From contig NC_043005.1 of assembly GCF_006345805.1 (NCBI RefSeq), positions 19,406,001 through 19,470,000 of the forward strand: DNA of 64,000 nt, read 5' to 3'. Every line of letters starts with the position of its first letter. Position 1 is the first letter of the stretch. A model generated the notes under the pieces. It was not told the origin of the DNA. It ran no database searches and worked only from the letters and a program-made list of their open reading frames with translations. Source of the DNA: Octopus sinensis. Taxonomy: Eukaryota. Positions 42,628 through 55,479 of the stretch are shown one piece after another. The position numbers and the translations under genes are program-made.

Positions 42628-44639
42628 CCACGAACGATTGAGTCAAGATGTATACGGAATTGCGTTGCATAATCTTAATGTGGTTCAATATGGCGGTCAT
42701 GCAGGCAGCGAGCAAGCAGAATCGTTAGCACGTCGGGCAAAATGCTTAGTAGCGGTATTTCGTCCGTCTTTACTATTCTGAGTTAAAATTCTGACGAGGT
42801 CGACTTTGGCTTTCAACCTTTTGGGGTCAATAAAATTGATACCAGTTAAGCACAGGGTTGATGTGATCGATTTACATCACCCCCCCCCCACACACACACA
42901 CACTGAAATAACTGATCTTGTGCCAAAATTTGAAACCAACATGAACGTCATATGATACATGGTTCTGAAGGAGTGCTTTCTTAAACAGTTAGCATGGAAC
43001 TAAAATGTCTGTATCTTATTGCTATTGTCTGAAATAAAAATATAATTCAAGACGAACCAATAAAAATTACATTGAATTTTACAATCCTCTTGCACTTCAA
43101 TAACATATACATCACACATCAACATTACAATAATACATTACAAATCTAGCTGTATAAATCGTAAATGTAACAATCAAAGACACGAGTAGAAATAAAAACT
43201 CCCACTCACTTGCGAATATACGAAGATTTATATTAAACTATAATACCATCCTTAAAATTGAAAAGAGAACAACACATATAAAGAGTACATATGAAAATAA
43301 AACTATCAACTGAACATAAAATTGTAACCTACCACAAATCAATGAAAGTATCACATAAAAACAAAAACATAAGATTCACAATCGGAAGACAACACTACAA
43401 AAGAAACAACATAAAATATGTGAGCTCTCAAATCAATGAAAGTACCGTATCGTCCAGCACATAAGTTGCAAACAATACATTAAAGCAAATCAGATACAGA
43501 CACAAAGAAAAAAGAACTGGAATCTGAAATGAGGATAAAAGCCTAAAGTTCTCAAAGGAAGCATTGAACCAAATAAACTGCCACAACAAAAACGTATTCT
43601 AAACACCAGACGTAATTACAGACAGAGTTAAAACATACATCACAAGAGAATAAGCAAAGTTAAGATTAAAACTGATAAACAAGGATCAACGTTTACACCT
43701 GCCCAAGCTACACACGATCGAGCAACTCCCCGAAAGAATATATAAATATAACTGGATCCTACAAGAAATTCTTTCCACGGAAGCAAACCATTGAATATCA
43801 ACAGACTGAAAGATCCTATTCAACAGACGAAAAGATCTTATTCAAGTTGTATCGAGAGAAACCGAGCATGATTTCAATGGAGTCATACCCTCCTAAAACA
43901 AGCGTATATAATATATATAAAGTATATTGTATAGAATTGAGAAGCAAACCTATAAGACTTATATTTACTAGGCAAAATAGAAATGGTAGGATTCAGTATC
44001 AATAAGAAAGAACTAAAATAATAACACATAACCGCATACCATAAAACATTCCGATTTACTGGAACTCTAAGGCACTTCGAGTCAGTCGACCGTTCGAAGC
44101 TCTGTCAATTTTGTGGCACTTATACCTGTTTCACTCCTAACTAATCAGAGACAGTCATATGGATTGGCTTACTTAAGCTATCCTTTTAGGAATGTTCCTT
44201 CACATCCTCAACAAAACCACAATATTCTGTAAGCACTAACAATTCCTATGGAAAATGTCTTCACTTTCGATGATCACTTTGTATCCTAAAATCTGGCACT
44301 TCGTCGGTTACGACGTTTCAGCTGATCCGATCCGTGTAATTAACGTGTAATTGGTTGAGCACTCCACAGACACGTGTATGCTTAACGTAATTCTCAAGGA
44401 GATTCGGCGTGACACAGACTGTGATAAGGTCGGCCCTTTGAAATACAGATACCATTCATTTTTGCCAGTTGAGTGGACTAGAGCAACGTGAAATAAAGTG
44501 TTTTGCCTAACACGACAGCGCGTCGCCGGAAATTGAACTCACAAACTTGCGATCGTGAGCCGAATATACTTTGTATCCAACCCTACCTTATATACACTTC
44601 ACCAATTTCCTCCAAATTGTCTTCCCTTCAAGCTAATGG

Positions 44640-45340
44640 GCCTCCCACACCACTTACACACGCGCTAATTGAGGAAATATTTCCTGCTACTTCAAACGAG
44701 GACATAAACAGCTTTCATTATGTCCCTTCTATTACTCGTAAACAGTATGCCAAGAACTCCTCTTATACTCACCAAATTCTTTAAGCTCTCACTTCCTACG
44801 GGTATATACCCTGTCAATTGGAACTACTTCTCAGTGTGCTCTATTCCAAACAAATGCAACTTCTCTGACCCAACCAGCTATCATTCTGATGCTTTCATTT
44901 CTAACGTCTTTAGAAGTCAGCCATTAACAACGACATTCTCCAAAACTTTGAATCTCTCTCTCTCTTTTTCACACTCTCTTCCTCACTCTCTCTCCCCCTC
45001 TATCTCTCTCTATATTCAGTGATCACTAGTATCCCTTCTGCCGAACCAGATCTACTTACGATACACACCAGTAAGCTCACGCTTTAGAGAAGTAGGATGA
45101 AAGCAGTGTTTTTGCTCGCAACAGCAGCAATGCCTTCGACCATGTCTGATATGTAAATCACCTATTACAATTTCCTGCTACAGGAACTACCCATCTCTCG
45201 TTCGGATTGGTAGTTTCTTATCATATCGCATCATCAAAGCATGTGTTCATAGAGCTCTTTCTGCTCCATGCTCTATCAAATCTGGTGTTCCCTAGAGTCT
45301 GGTTTTGTCTTCGTCTCTCTTTCTTCAATAAATCAAAACA
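44640..45340 (+). mobile_element. Decayed Jockey/CR1-group LINE RT fragment
   Basis: FKLSLPTGIYPVNW..SDP, AFDHV, SFLSYR and SGVP motifs with stops. Confidence 0.6.
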
Positions 45341-46329
45341 TGCTTGCACACTTATAAAACATAGGTCAAATTCCCGCCAGACACAGTGAGTCAATCTCTC
45401 ACAAAATGTAGCAAACAATAAATAAGATATTATAATTCGGTCCTAGGATGAATTGGGGATTCTTAGTTTGAATTTGTCGCATTAAAATTGGGAAACAAGG
45501 GGTGTCTAAAATTCCTCAATGCCAGAAACAAATAAAATGGTAACCGATTAAAACAAGAGTCACGAAAACAAAAGGGAAAATATATAGATGCAAGAGAAAT
45601 GCGTTTGTATATTACATGCATATTTTATAGTTACATTCTACCATAAAACGTAACTTACCAAAATATCCGCAAAGAGTGTAGTAAGTAAATAATACTGGAC
45701 TACAAGTAGTTGTGGATTCCAACAGACCAACCAATTTAAGAATATATGTATAGATGAAACCATGGCGACTGAAGAAGGGGTTTTTTCCTTGTGTTATTTG
45801 TCCTGTACTCTATTTTTTTGTTGTTGTTTAAGAAAAATGCCCAGTTCCTTGGGTTTGTGTCTATGTTTTCGTTTCTCATTGTGTTCGACGCTTTTTTTTT
45901 TGGTGTCCTGTACTCATATATGCGTGTATATATACATGTAGAGGTAGGTACGTACATATATGTATATATATATGCATATGTTTTATTTATTAATATATAT
46001 ATATATACTCTAAATGAAAATAATAAAGAAAAAATAAAATACTTAAAAATGAAACACTTAGAAAAAGAAATAAAAAATGAAAACAGAAAGAACGAAAGTT
46101 ACTCACATACTGCGAATGGAAACAAACCAAAACTTCATTGAGAACGCATAGCATGAAGATATATCTAACGCATGTACATTAAAGTAAATGACAAAGCTCA
46201 GCTGCCCTCGGCCACCCAAACGAGTTACAATGAGAACACAAAAATATCGATGGCTATTCAAACTTCACAAGGTGATGTCACACTCCAAAAATGAGCCAAA
46301 CCTCATTTATCAATGAGATAGGTAAAAGC

Positions 46330-46780
46330 AATATGAAATTTAATGCATAAAATTTCAGGAAATAGATGCAAATCACATTATTTGAGACCAGATAGCATAA
46401 TAATTCAGCGCTCTAATGGCATACGAGGCTTAAGAATAATCATGTCAAATGATGTACCTTTCATCAGCCACATCACCAAACTCATCTCTAAATACATACG
46501 CCTTATAGGAGAAATTGAAAGGTTACAAAGAACGGGCACCAGGAAAACAACTTCGATTAAAAGCCTTAATAACTGGGAACATCTGAAAGCTCTGCGTCTC
46601 TACGCTTTACGCCAAAGACAGAGATATACTATGATATTGGTGTGAAAAACGCTGGAGGAGCATGTTCCAAATTTGGGCATTAGAAAGAATGTTAATGCAT
46701 GTACTGGTAGATACTGCCAGCTTTCAAATATACCACATTCGAAATCACGAGCAAAAACAAACATTGCGGAAATACCTAAA
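46330..46780 (+). mobile_element. Decayed CR1 LINE 3' fragment
   Basis: WEHLKALRLYALRQRQRY..KTLEEHVPNLGI. Confidence 0.55.
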
Positions 46781-47899
46781 AAATAATTAAAATAAAACAA
46801 TGCTCGAAACAAAAACTCCTCATTAAATTACACAAAAATGTTATGAACAAAAACATCGATTATTTAGATAAAAGGAACATTCGACTTGAATCCAATCCAA
46901 TTCGGTTTTGCTGAGAAATAAGTAGAAACGAAATAGATATCAACAAAGCTCTAATAAGGAGACGCGTAGAAGAAAACTAGGAAGGAGTACTGACAATAAA
47001 ATAATCCTTTCTTTATTGGCCACAAGGGCCGAAATTTGCGGGGAGGGTACTATTCGTTTATATCGACACCAGTGTTTTACTGGTACTTAATTCATCGACC
47101 CCGAAAGGATGAAAGGCAAAGTTGATCTCGGGGGAATATGAACTCAGAACGTAACGACGGGCGAAATATTTATTTCTTTACTACCCACAGGGGGCTAAAC
47201 ATAGAAGGGACAAACAAGGACAGACAAACGGATTAAGCCGATTACATCGACCCCAGTGCGCAACTGGTACTTATTTAATCGACCCCGAAAAGGATGAAAG
47301 GCAAAGTCAACCTCAGTGGAATATGAACTCAGAACGTAACGACGGGCGAAATACTGCTAAGTATCTCTTCCAGCGTGCTAACAATTCTACCACCTCGCCA
47401 CCTTAGTGTCAATAAAATAATCCTTTCTACCGAAGGCATAAGTCCTGAAGTTTGTGGGGAGGGGACTATTCGATTACATCGACCCCAGCATTTCACTGGT
47501 ACTTAATCTATCGACCCCAAAAGGATATAAGGCAAAGTCGACCTCGGCGGAATATGAACCCAAAACGTAGAGACGGGCGAAATACTGCTAAGCATTTCGT
47601 CCAGCGTGCTAACAATTCTGCCACCTCGCCGCCTTATTGACAATAAAATAATGACCATACGCGAGATTGTTTAAACGCAGCAGCTGAATAATCACAAGAG
47701 TCCACAATACATGTAATATTTCATACTCTGTTTATTAGCATGGAGAAAAAAATAAGGAAAAGTTCAGCACTATCTGGGAAGCCCGTGTCTCAAAGCTGGA
47801 ACAGAAGGTCTTACGATGCGATAGCAAATTCTTTCCGCCAGAAACCACCGAAAAGCGTCAACCAGCGTCTACAAATGGATGACCTCAAGTTATATAATT

Positions 47900-48660
47900 T
47901 CATATTCTATATTTTATATTCAAACCACACAAAAACTGAAATTATATTAGACATAATGAACAGATTCAGTTGGCATGAATGAAATTAGACTTAGAAAAAT
48001 TCTCAAGGCAATCTCAGTCTACAAGAAAAGGAAATCAATATAAACCATTAATCTCATATATAAACAGAGATAAGCCATTCATACGGATGAAAAAGAGGTG
48101 AGAATGGAATATTACAGACGTACTAGATTAATTCGGGGCTAAATGCCACAGTAATACATTCACATTTTAGTTGTGCCATTAATAAGTTATATTCATATTT
48201 TTCTTGGTGAATTAACAAGAGTTGATAGAAAATCAAGAAAAATAATAACGATTTTAATATTCCTGTCTTTGTGGCTCAGAAAGATTAAATTTACTCCGGA
48301 TAAAAGAAATGTATTGGTCTTCTGTTATTAGAAAAGTATTAAAACTCCTTGTTGTAACACAATAAAATATCTGGTAAAGAATAAGGAGAAACTAAAACAA
48401 TCACAAAGCCTAAAATAAAGCAGACTATTTTCTTCTCAGCTATAAAGATAGGTATGATGAGGATATTGAAACATAACTGAAATATTTTTTTAAATCTAAG
48501 CTGAAAATGGGATTACAAAATCTTATGTAGAAACGTTGATAAGAAAATCCCATACATAACTAATATTCAAAATGTTTGAGATAAGCAAAAGTAGATAAAA
48601 AAAATCTCATTACAATCTCAAAACCTCAAAACTGTGACTAAAGGTTTGTATTAATGCTTC
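47900..48660 (+). mobile_element. Possible very old Dong/R4 remnant
   Basis: Short matches such as GELTRVDRKSRKIIT among many stops. Confidence 0.3.
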
Positions 48661-49329
48661 AAAAGGAAAGAAAGAAAGAAAGAAAAAAAGAAAAACCTTC
48701 GATGTAATAAAAAGGTGAAGTACTCCGCAAAGAGTTACACACAACCTTCAGAAATTAGTAATATTAAGCAGAGTAGACAACTTACTATGAAACTCCTCTA
48801 ACCATCTTAATAGGTCATCCGTCAACGTATTTACAAATGTGATTGTGAATCAGTCCAGTTTTCACCAGTTATAGACGCGATGTTCAACATATTCTTTAAC
48901 AGACAAAATGTTTGCTATTCAAAGTTTAAGTCAGTGCAATTATTTAACATTTCACCTCGCTCCTGCACGGCATCATAGTCATTTTGTACTTTATGTTGGT
49001 AATTAGCATACTATTGTCATTTTTGTCATGGAACAGACTTTTAAAAAAGTCATTTATTGGTATGTATGCTAAAGTTCAGTGGTATATTCGCATTCTCATG
49101 TAAGAACGGTGCAATTCAAATAAATACCATATAATTTTTACTTCAAGGATTTGGAACTGGAGTTTCCTCCGCACTTAATCTTCTGGTTCTCTACAAATCA
49201 TAAGGGTGAACAACAATGGATTACTATCCAAACATAGGGGATAGTACTATTGCAACAGTACAAGTATACTAGACGGCATCTTCAAAAAAGTTTACCCAAC
49301 TAACAGATATGAAGTAAGTTGTGTGTTAG

Positions 49330-49640
49330 CGCAACTCGAAACTCTATCCCACGAAAGTGCTGTTCCTTCTCCCACCCTTTTCTATCACTATTATGTTTTC
49401 CTCTGCTCCACAGAGCTGGCTGATCTCAAGCTATTTCATTCAGGCATTCCCACCCCACTCAACTTTTTCCCCTTTCGTCACACTAACACAACCCATACCA
49501 CAAGCTCCTTACTTACCACTGTACTCACTCCTTCCTTACATCGGTCTTCTGGTAATGATTCCGTGCTCACATACTTTCTATTGTCATCAACTTGTAACCG
49601 CTTCGATTTCACCGGGTTCGAAAGTTTCACAGTCTCTTCC
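49330..49640 (+). mobile_element. Decayed CR1/Jockey LINE C-terminal fragment
   Basis: LETLSH..PTLFYHYY..CSTELADL. Confidence 0.45.
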
Positions 49641-49934
49641 TCTAGACTAAGCCAATAATACAAACAAAAATAAAGAGACAATATGTAGATTACATTTCTT
49701 AAAGTAGGAAACCCCAACAATCATTCAAAAGAAGCACGCGTATCGAAACTACACGTATCAGACATAAGTTTGCGGGTTGTACGTTCGCATGGAAACCACT
49801 TCATTCCACACATCACACCACTGGGCGCTAACTTTGAAATAATATATTGAACTATAATCCAGCTTTCACCAATAACTTATTCGAGGGAAATTGTGAGGAA
49901 ACATGCTATATGATGCATATATATATATATATAT

Positions 49935-50198
49935 CTTTAAAAATCTTAATAAGAAATCTTAATAAGAAATTATCAGGTAGTTAGCGTGAAAAACCTCATA
50001 AGAGAAAAAATCTGTAAATTTTTTCACTTGAAAATATTTATTTATATTATATAGAGGGCATTATTACACATAAATACCACACGCTAGGAGGGACTTTTAA
50101 AGTCATAACTACCAAAAATAAACGATTCTTTTATTTTTGGTAGTTATGACTTTAAAGGGCCCTCCTAGCGTGTGGCATTTATGTGTAATAACGCCCTC

Positions 50199-50203
<5 letters not shown>
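49935..50203. mobile_element. Diverged relative of the array A unit with a 74-bp terminal hairpin (50049-50122 / 50130-50203)
   Basis: Shares GGGCATTATTACACATAAAT..CTAGGAGGGAC..AAAGTCAT and AAGAAATTATC..TAGCGTGAAAA with array A; flanked by (TA)n. Confidence 0.8.
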
Positions 50204-50283
<80 letters not shown>

Positions 50284-50509
50284 AATACGACAAAATAATT
50301 GTCAAGACCTTTGTAAGGTTCAGTATATAGTAAAGAAAAATAAGTTGGCTAGCAGCAAGCTGTTTCGCCTCATACCGAAGGAATTAGAAATGGCAGTCAA
50401 AGACCGTTTTTTCCATTTCTATAAGTGGAGATTCCAAAAACGAAGGCCCTTGCGGCTCACATACACAAAACCGGAGTGGCAAATATACGAATTCAGTCAC
50501 TTACCGTTA

Positions 50510-50571
50510 ATAGCGAACACGGTGTTTCTGGATCACAAACAGGGGAGTTTGAATTCCGTCATCAGCGCTAT
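50510..50571 (-). ncRNA. Hammerhead ribozyme, array B copy 1
   Basis: ATAGCG-CTGATGA-C GGA..CAAAC..GTTTG..TCC A-GAAA-CAC C GTG-TT|CGCTAT; 6-bp stem I, GUU site. Confidence 0.85.
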
Positions 50572-51054
50572 ATTCGTTAGCTTTATCAAATGCCACCAGC
50601 CCCCACTTCTGACCCAGCGACATCAGATAGTGGGGGGAAGTGCGCAGATGTTAAAACCAAGTAACGACTGGGAACGTAAGTTTTCCCTCCAAAATTCTGC
50701 CATGCGCGCCTTCTGGGTAATCGTGATGGAATGAGGAATCCACATGGTAATACAATAAAAATGGTAAATAATTTTCCTGTGGTTTTTCATGTAACCAACA
50801 ATTATTTACCGGTAAATTTCGGTATGTAAATACGACAAAATAATTGTCAAGACCTTTGTAAGGTTCAGTATATAGTAAAGAAAAATAAGTTGGCTAGCAG
50901 CAAGCTGTTTCGCCTCATACCGAAGGAATTAGAAATGGCAGTCAAAGACCGTTTTTTCCATTTCTATAAGTGGAGATTCCAAAAACGAAGGCCCTTGCGG
51001 CTCACATACACAAAACCGGAGTGGCAAATATACGAATTCAGTCACTTACCGTTA

Positions 51055-51116
51055 ATAGCGAACACGGTGTTTCTGGATCACAAACAGGGGAGTTTGAATT
51101 CCGTCATCAGCGCTAT
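51055..51116 (-). ncRNA. Hammerhead ribozyme, array B copy 2
   Basis: Same motif, 545 bp from copy 1. Confidence 0.85.
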
Positions 51117-51537
51117 ATTCGTTAGCTTTATCAAATGCCACCAGCCCCCACTTCTGACCCAGCGACATCAGATAGTGGGGGGAAGTGCGCAGATGTTAAA
51201 ACCAAGTAACGACTGGGAACGTAAGTTTTCCCTCCAAAATTCTGCCATGCGCGCCTTCTTGACAATTATTTTGTCGTATTTACATACCGAAATTTACCGG
51301 TAAATAATTGTTGGTTACATGAAAAACCACAGGAAAATTATTTACCATTTTTATTGTATTACCAAGTGGATTCCTCATTCCATTACGATTACCCAGAAGG
51401 CGCGCATGGCAGAATTTTGGAGGGAAAACTTACGTTCCCAGTCGTTACTTGGTTTTAACATCTGCGCACTTCCCCCCACTATCTGATGTCGCTGGGTCAG
51501 AAGTGGGGGCTGGTGGCATTTGATAAAGCTAACGAAT

Positions 51538-51599
51538 ATAGCGCTGATGACGGAATTCAAACTCCCCTGTTTGTGATCCAGAAACACCGTGTTCGCTAT
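51538..51599 (+). ncRNA. Hammerhead ribozyme, array B inverted copy
   Basis: Same motif on the plus strand; predicted cleavage after 51593. Confidence 0.85.
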
Positions 51600-51916
51600 T
51601 AACGGTAAGTGACTGAATTCGTATATTTGCCACTCCGGTTTTGTGTATGTGAGCCGCAAGGGCCTTCGTTTTTGGAATCTCCACTTATAGAAATGGAAAA
51701 AACGGTCTTTGACTGCCATTTCTAATTCCTTCGGTATGAGGCGAAACAGCTTGCTGCTAGCCAACTTATTTTTCTTTACTATATACTGAACCATACAAAG
51801 GTCTTGACAATTATTTTGTCGTATTTACATACCGAAATTTACCGGTAAATAATTGTTGGTTACATGAAAAACCACAGGAAAATTATTTACCATTTTTATT
51901 GTATATATATATATAT

Positions 51917-54125
51917 ATTGAAGCAGGATGAAGAGCCCTTTTCTACTTACCAAGTCAAAGGCCTTTGTCAGATCAATGGAGGCCATATAAAATGGCATTT
52001 TCTGCTCTCTGGACTTCTCTTGAAGTTGGCATATGGAGAATATCATGTCAATAGTTGATCAGCTTCTTCTAAAGCCACACTGCGATTCTGCATAAATTCG
52101 AGAAGCAAGCAGGATAACGCGAACAAAGGTCTTTCCAACAGTGCTTAGAAGAGATATTCCACGGTAATTGTTACAATCACCACGGTCATCTTTGTTTTTG
52201 TAAAGCGTAATGATGTTAGCATCCCGTATATCCTGAGGGATTGTACCCTCTTCTTCCCAGCACTGACACAGAAGCTCATGAAGATGTCGAAGCAGGACAG
52301 TGTTTTTGCCGGCTTTGATGATCTCTGAGGGGATGCCGTCTTTTCCCAGAGTCTTGTTACTGACTAGGGAGTCAATAGCCTTGGTGAGCTCTGCTATAGA
52401 TGGCAGACTGTCAAGTTCGCACATGACTGGCAAGATCTTGACACCCTTGATTGCAGCCTCAGCTACCTTGGTCTCCCGGGAGTAGAGATCCTAGTAGTAC
52501 TCCACCCATCTATCCATTTGCTTGATTTGGTTCTTGATGAGATCACCAGTAGTTGATTTCAGAGGGGCTGACTTGGTTGCGGATGGACCGAGGGCCTTCT
52601 TCAAACCGGCATACATCCTACGGGTGTTGCAACTGTCAGCAGCTGACTGGATACTCTGACAGATTTCCTGCCAATACCTATTTGCACAGCGTCTGGCAGT
52701 CAGTTGGGTTTTATTTGTTGCCTTTTTGAGTTCTTCGAGTGACTTTGTAGAAGAATCACTCTTGTATTGCATCAGAGCTGAGTGCTTTGCTTCCATAACT
52801 GGTTCCAGCTCCGAGAGCCCAACACTGAACCAATCTGGGCTTTGCCTTTCACTCCTGCCGAAAGTATCTATTGATGTGGTATACAAAGCTTCCCTGACAT
52901 AATTCCACCTACTTTCAGCAGAGGAGCTTGGGCAGCTACTGAGGGCAACCTTGATAGAAATAGCAAAATATTTTCGCAGTGTAGAGTCCAAGGTTCTGGC
53001 ATTGTTAATGCGTGATTGGCCCATTTTCTTGGAGTGATGGACTTTTTTAGGCAGAATCCTCACCCTGCTTCTTATTAGTGAATGATCTGTGTCACAATCC
53101 GCGCTGTAGTAACTACGAGTCAGTTGAACAGAATTCCGAAAGAATCTTCGTGTAATGATGAGATCCAACTGGTGCCAGTGGTGAGATCTTGGATGTCTCT
53201 AAGATGTCTTGTGGGATGGCTTGTTGGTAAGAATGTGTTGGTGATGCACAGGTTATGGTATGTGTAAAATTCAAGTTGTCTCTGACCATTGGCATTCATG
53301 TTGCCAATACCAATGTGTCCAACACAAATGGACTACGAATCATAATCAGTCCCCACGTAAGCGTTAAAATCTCGTAGAAGGTAGATGTTTTCAATGTTTG
53401 GTATATTTCTAATGACCCAGTTGAGATCTTTGTAGAACTGGTCCTTGGTCTGAGCTGTAGAGAGTGGGAGCAAGCATAAATGCTCAGTAGATGTACTGAG
53501 CCAAAAGAGGTCGAGAAGCGCAGTGAGAGGATACGCTCAGTGCCTCCTGGTGGTGGTTCTATTGAGAAGAGTAATGAGTTTCTCACTGCAAAGCCAACAC
53601 CATGCTGACGAGGTTCTCCTGGATCGCTTCCCTGCCAAAAGAAGGTGAAATCCTGTTCTTTGAATTTGCCGTTTGAGGGGAGTCTTGTCTCCTGCAGTCC
53701 AGCAATGCCTATGTTAAGCCTCTTTAGTTCACGGTCAGTGATGGCCGTCTTTCTTGTGTCATCAACCCTGTGTAGGTCATCAGATATGCCAGGGCACATG
53801 GTCCTGACATTCCAGCTTGCTAACGCAGGACTGGATGTTTCCTGTCTTTTAGTTGATTGCCTGTTGCAGAGGTTGCAGGCCGCTTTTCAAGTCAAACTCT
53901 TAGCTCCAAGCACCCAATGAAGCAGGCGTCAGCACCTTATTAACCGGGGACTGCCCAGCTTGAGGTGGGCAGTAGCTAACCAATGGGACACAGGGTCCCT
54001 CCCACCGTCAGAGGTAACCCGTAGCGCCCATAGCTTACGCCAATCTGAATAGACTTATCACTCGTGACTGCTACCTCCCGTGTTTTTTCTGCCACTTTCT
54101 ACAGCAGCACTGAAGCCCTCTCCAG
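51917..54125 (-). mobile_element. RTE (BovB-like) LINE: 5' UTR, APE endonuclease and RT N-half; 3' end missing
   Basis: ASWNVRTM, GIAGLQETR, HGVGFAVRN, DCDTDHSLI, GKDGIPSE, NYRGISLL, SQCGFR, IDLTKAFDLVSR, in ORFs broken by frameshifts. Confidence 0.92.
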
Positions 54126-54476
54126 TTTGTATGTATATATATATATACAACTAATGTAGGATAAAATTTCTTTCGAAAAAAAAATTTATCAATGGCCAGC
54201 ATATCAAAAAATACCTTTATTGGTTAAATTTATAATTAACATAAAATAAGAGCAAAAGAAAAATTCTAATGCCAAATATGCCGAAAAAGACAAAATTGTC
54301 TATAACCATTATAATTTAAGCGTCTCGAAATTGGGACCAATACGGTAATAACGGATTTTTTAAAAATTTCTATCGGCTTGTTTCGAGACGCTTAAATTAT
54401 AATGGTTATTGACAATTTTGTCTTTTTCGGTATATTTGGCATTAGAATTCATCTTTTGCTCTTATTTTATATGTTA

Positions 54477-54870
54477 CTAGCAGTATCGCCCGGCGTTGCT
54501 CGGCTTTGTAAGGGAAATAACTATATAAGCATTTTTAGAGATGTAAAGTATAATAGCCATCTCAATATGGCTAACCACAAAGGGGGGTGTTACTGTAGCT
54601 TTTTACGTTCTAAGATTTAATAGTACATTTTTAGAGAGTTACGTCCCTTATATATGCCAAAAATGCATTAAAAATGGAAAAAATTGATGGCAATTTTTTT
54701 TTAAATCGTAGACTCATGGTAGACGCGCGCTAATACCCAGAAGGGCTCGATATGAATCACGACTATAAGATACCCGGTTTTGGTTAAACTGCACCGCAAA
54801 ATGTGGGAGTAGTTAGGAATCTAAATTGTAGGAGACAGACAGCACACAACCTTACTTTTATATATAAAGA
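54477..54870 (-). mobile_element. Non-autonomous Helitron-like element, 394 bp
   Basis: Minus strand A|TCTTTATATATAAAAG ... CCGAGCAACGCCGGG hairpin ... CTAG|T; no TSD; the empty site is visible in the inverted arm. Confidence 0.8.
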
Positions 54871-55143
54871 TTTATAAATTTAACCATAAAAGGTATTTTT
54901 TGATATGCTGGGCATTGATAAATTTTCTTTTCGAAAAAAATTTTATCCTACATTAGTTGTAAATTTAATAGTGTTCACTTCCGGATTCTCTCACTCTGCG
55001 AAAGTTTCTAGTTTGAATCACACGTGTCTCGAGACGTGCCGAAGATTTTCTATTTTGGATATATTTGGGGTACTTAGGTCTGCTCAGGAATTAGTACTTG
55101 CTTTTTCCATGGGTATGAGTAGGTATTTCATTTATGTCTTACG

Positions 55144-55208
55144 TATTAATCGCTGAGGAGGGGAAATTCTTATGAATTAACCCCGAAATTGGGACCAATA
55201 CGGTAATA
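55144..55208 (+). ncRNA. Type I hammerhead ribozyme, array C
   Basis: TATTAATCG-CTGAGGA-GGGG AAATTC..GAATTAA CCCC-GAAA-TTGG GA CCAA-TA|CGGTAATA; AUA site. Confidence 0.85.
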
Positions 55209-55433
55209 ACGGATTTTTTTAGAAATTTCTATCGGCTTGTTTCGAAACGCTTAAATTATAATGGTTATTGACAATTTTGTCTTTTTCGGTATATTTGGCA
55301 TTAAATTTTTCTTTTGCTCTTATTTTATATGTTATATATATATATATATATACATATATATGTATATAAACATCCATATATACATTGATATGTATATATG
55401 TATATATGTATGTATGTATATATATATTATATA

Positions 55434-55479
<46 letters not shown>

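Larger units (their letters stand above)
50281..51903. repeat. 545-bp HHR-bearing unit: about 1.8 direct copies plus an inverted segment of about 645 bp (array B)
   Basis: Units start at 50281 and 50826; the orientation switches near 51258; (TA)n on both sides. Confidence 0.95.
54146..55333. mobile_element. pLTR-like tandem (unit about 464 bp once the Helitron is removed) with an inverted left arm (array C)
   Basis: GAAATTGGGACCAATACGG at 54327 and 55185; 54146-54330 is the reverse complement of 54381-54476 joined to 54871-54961. Confidence 0.85.

Noticed and set aside
45765-45800. CTGAAGAAGGGG hairpin (also near 56820)
   Set aside because: Not followed by GAAA, so no hammerhead can be closed.
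50345-50734. Repeated 129-139 aa ORFs in array B
   Set aside because: TTG start, antisense to the HHR and endonuclease-remnant strand, no recognisable domain.
53930-54125. Possible HDV-like ribozyme in the RTE 5' UTR
   Set aside because: I could not build the nested double pseudoknot by hand; it needs an RNAMotif or Infernal search.
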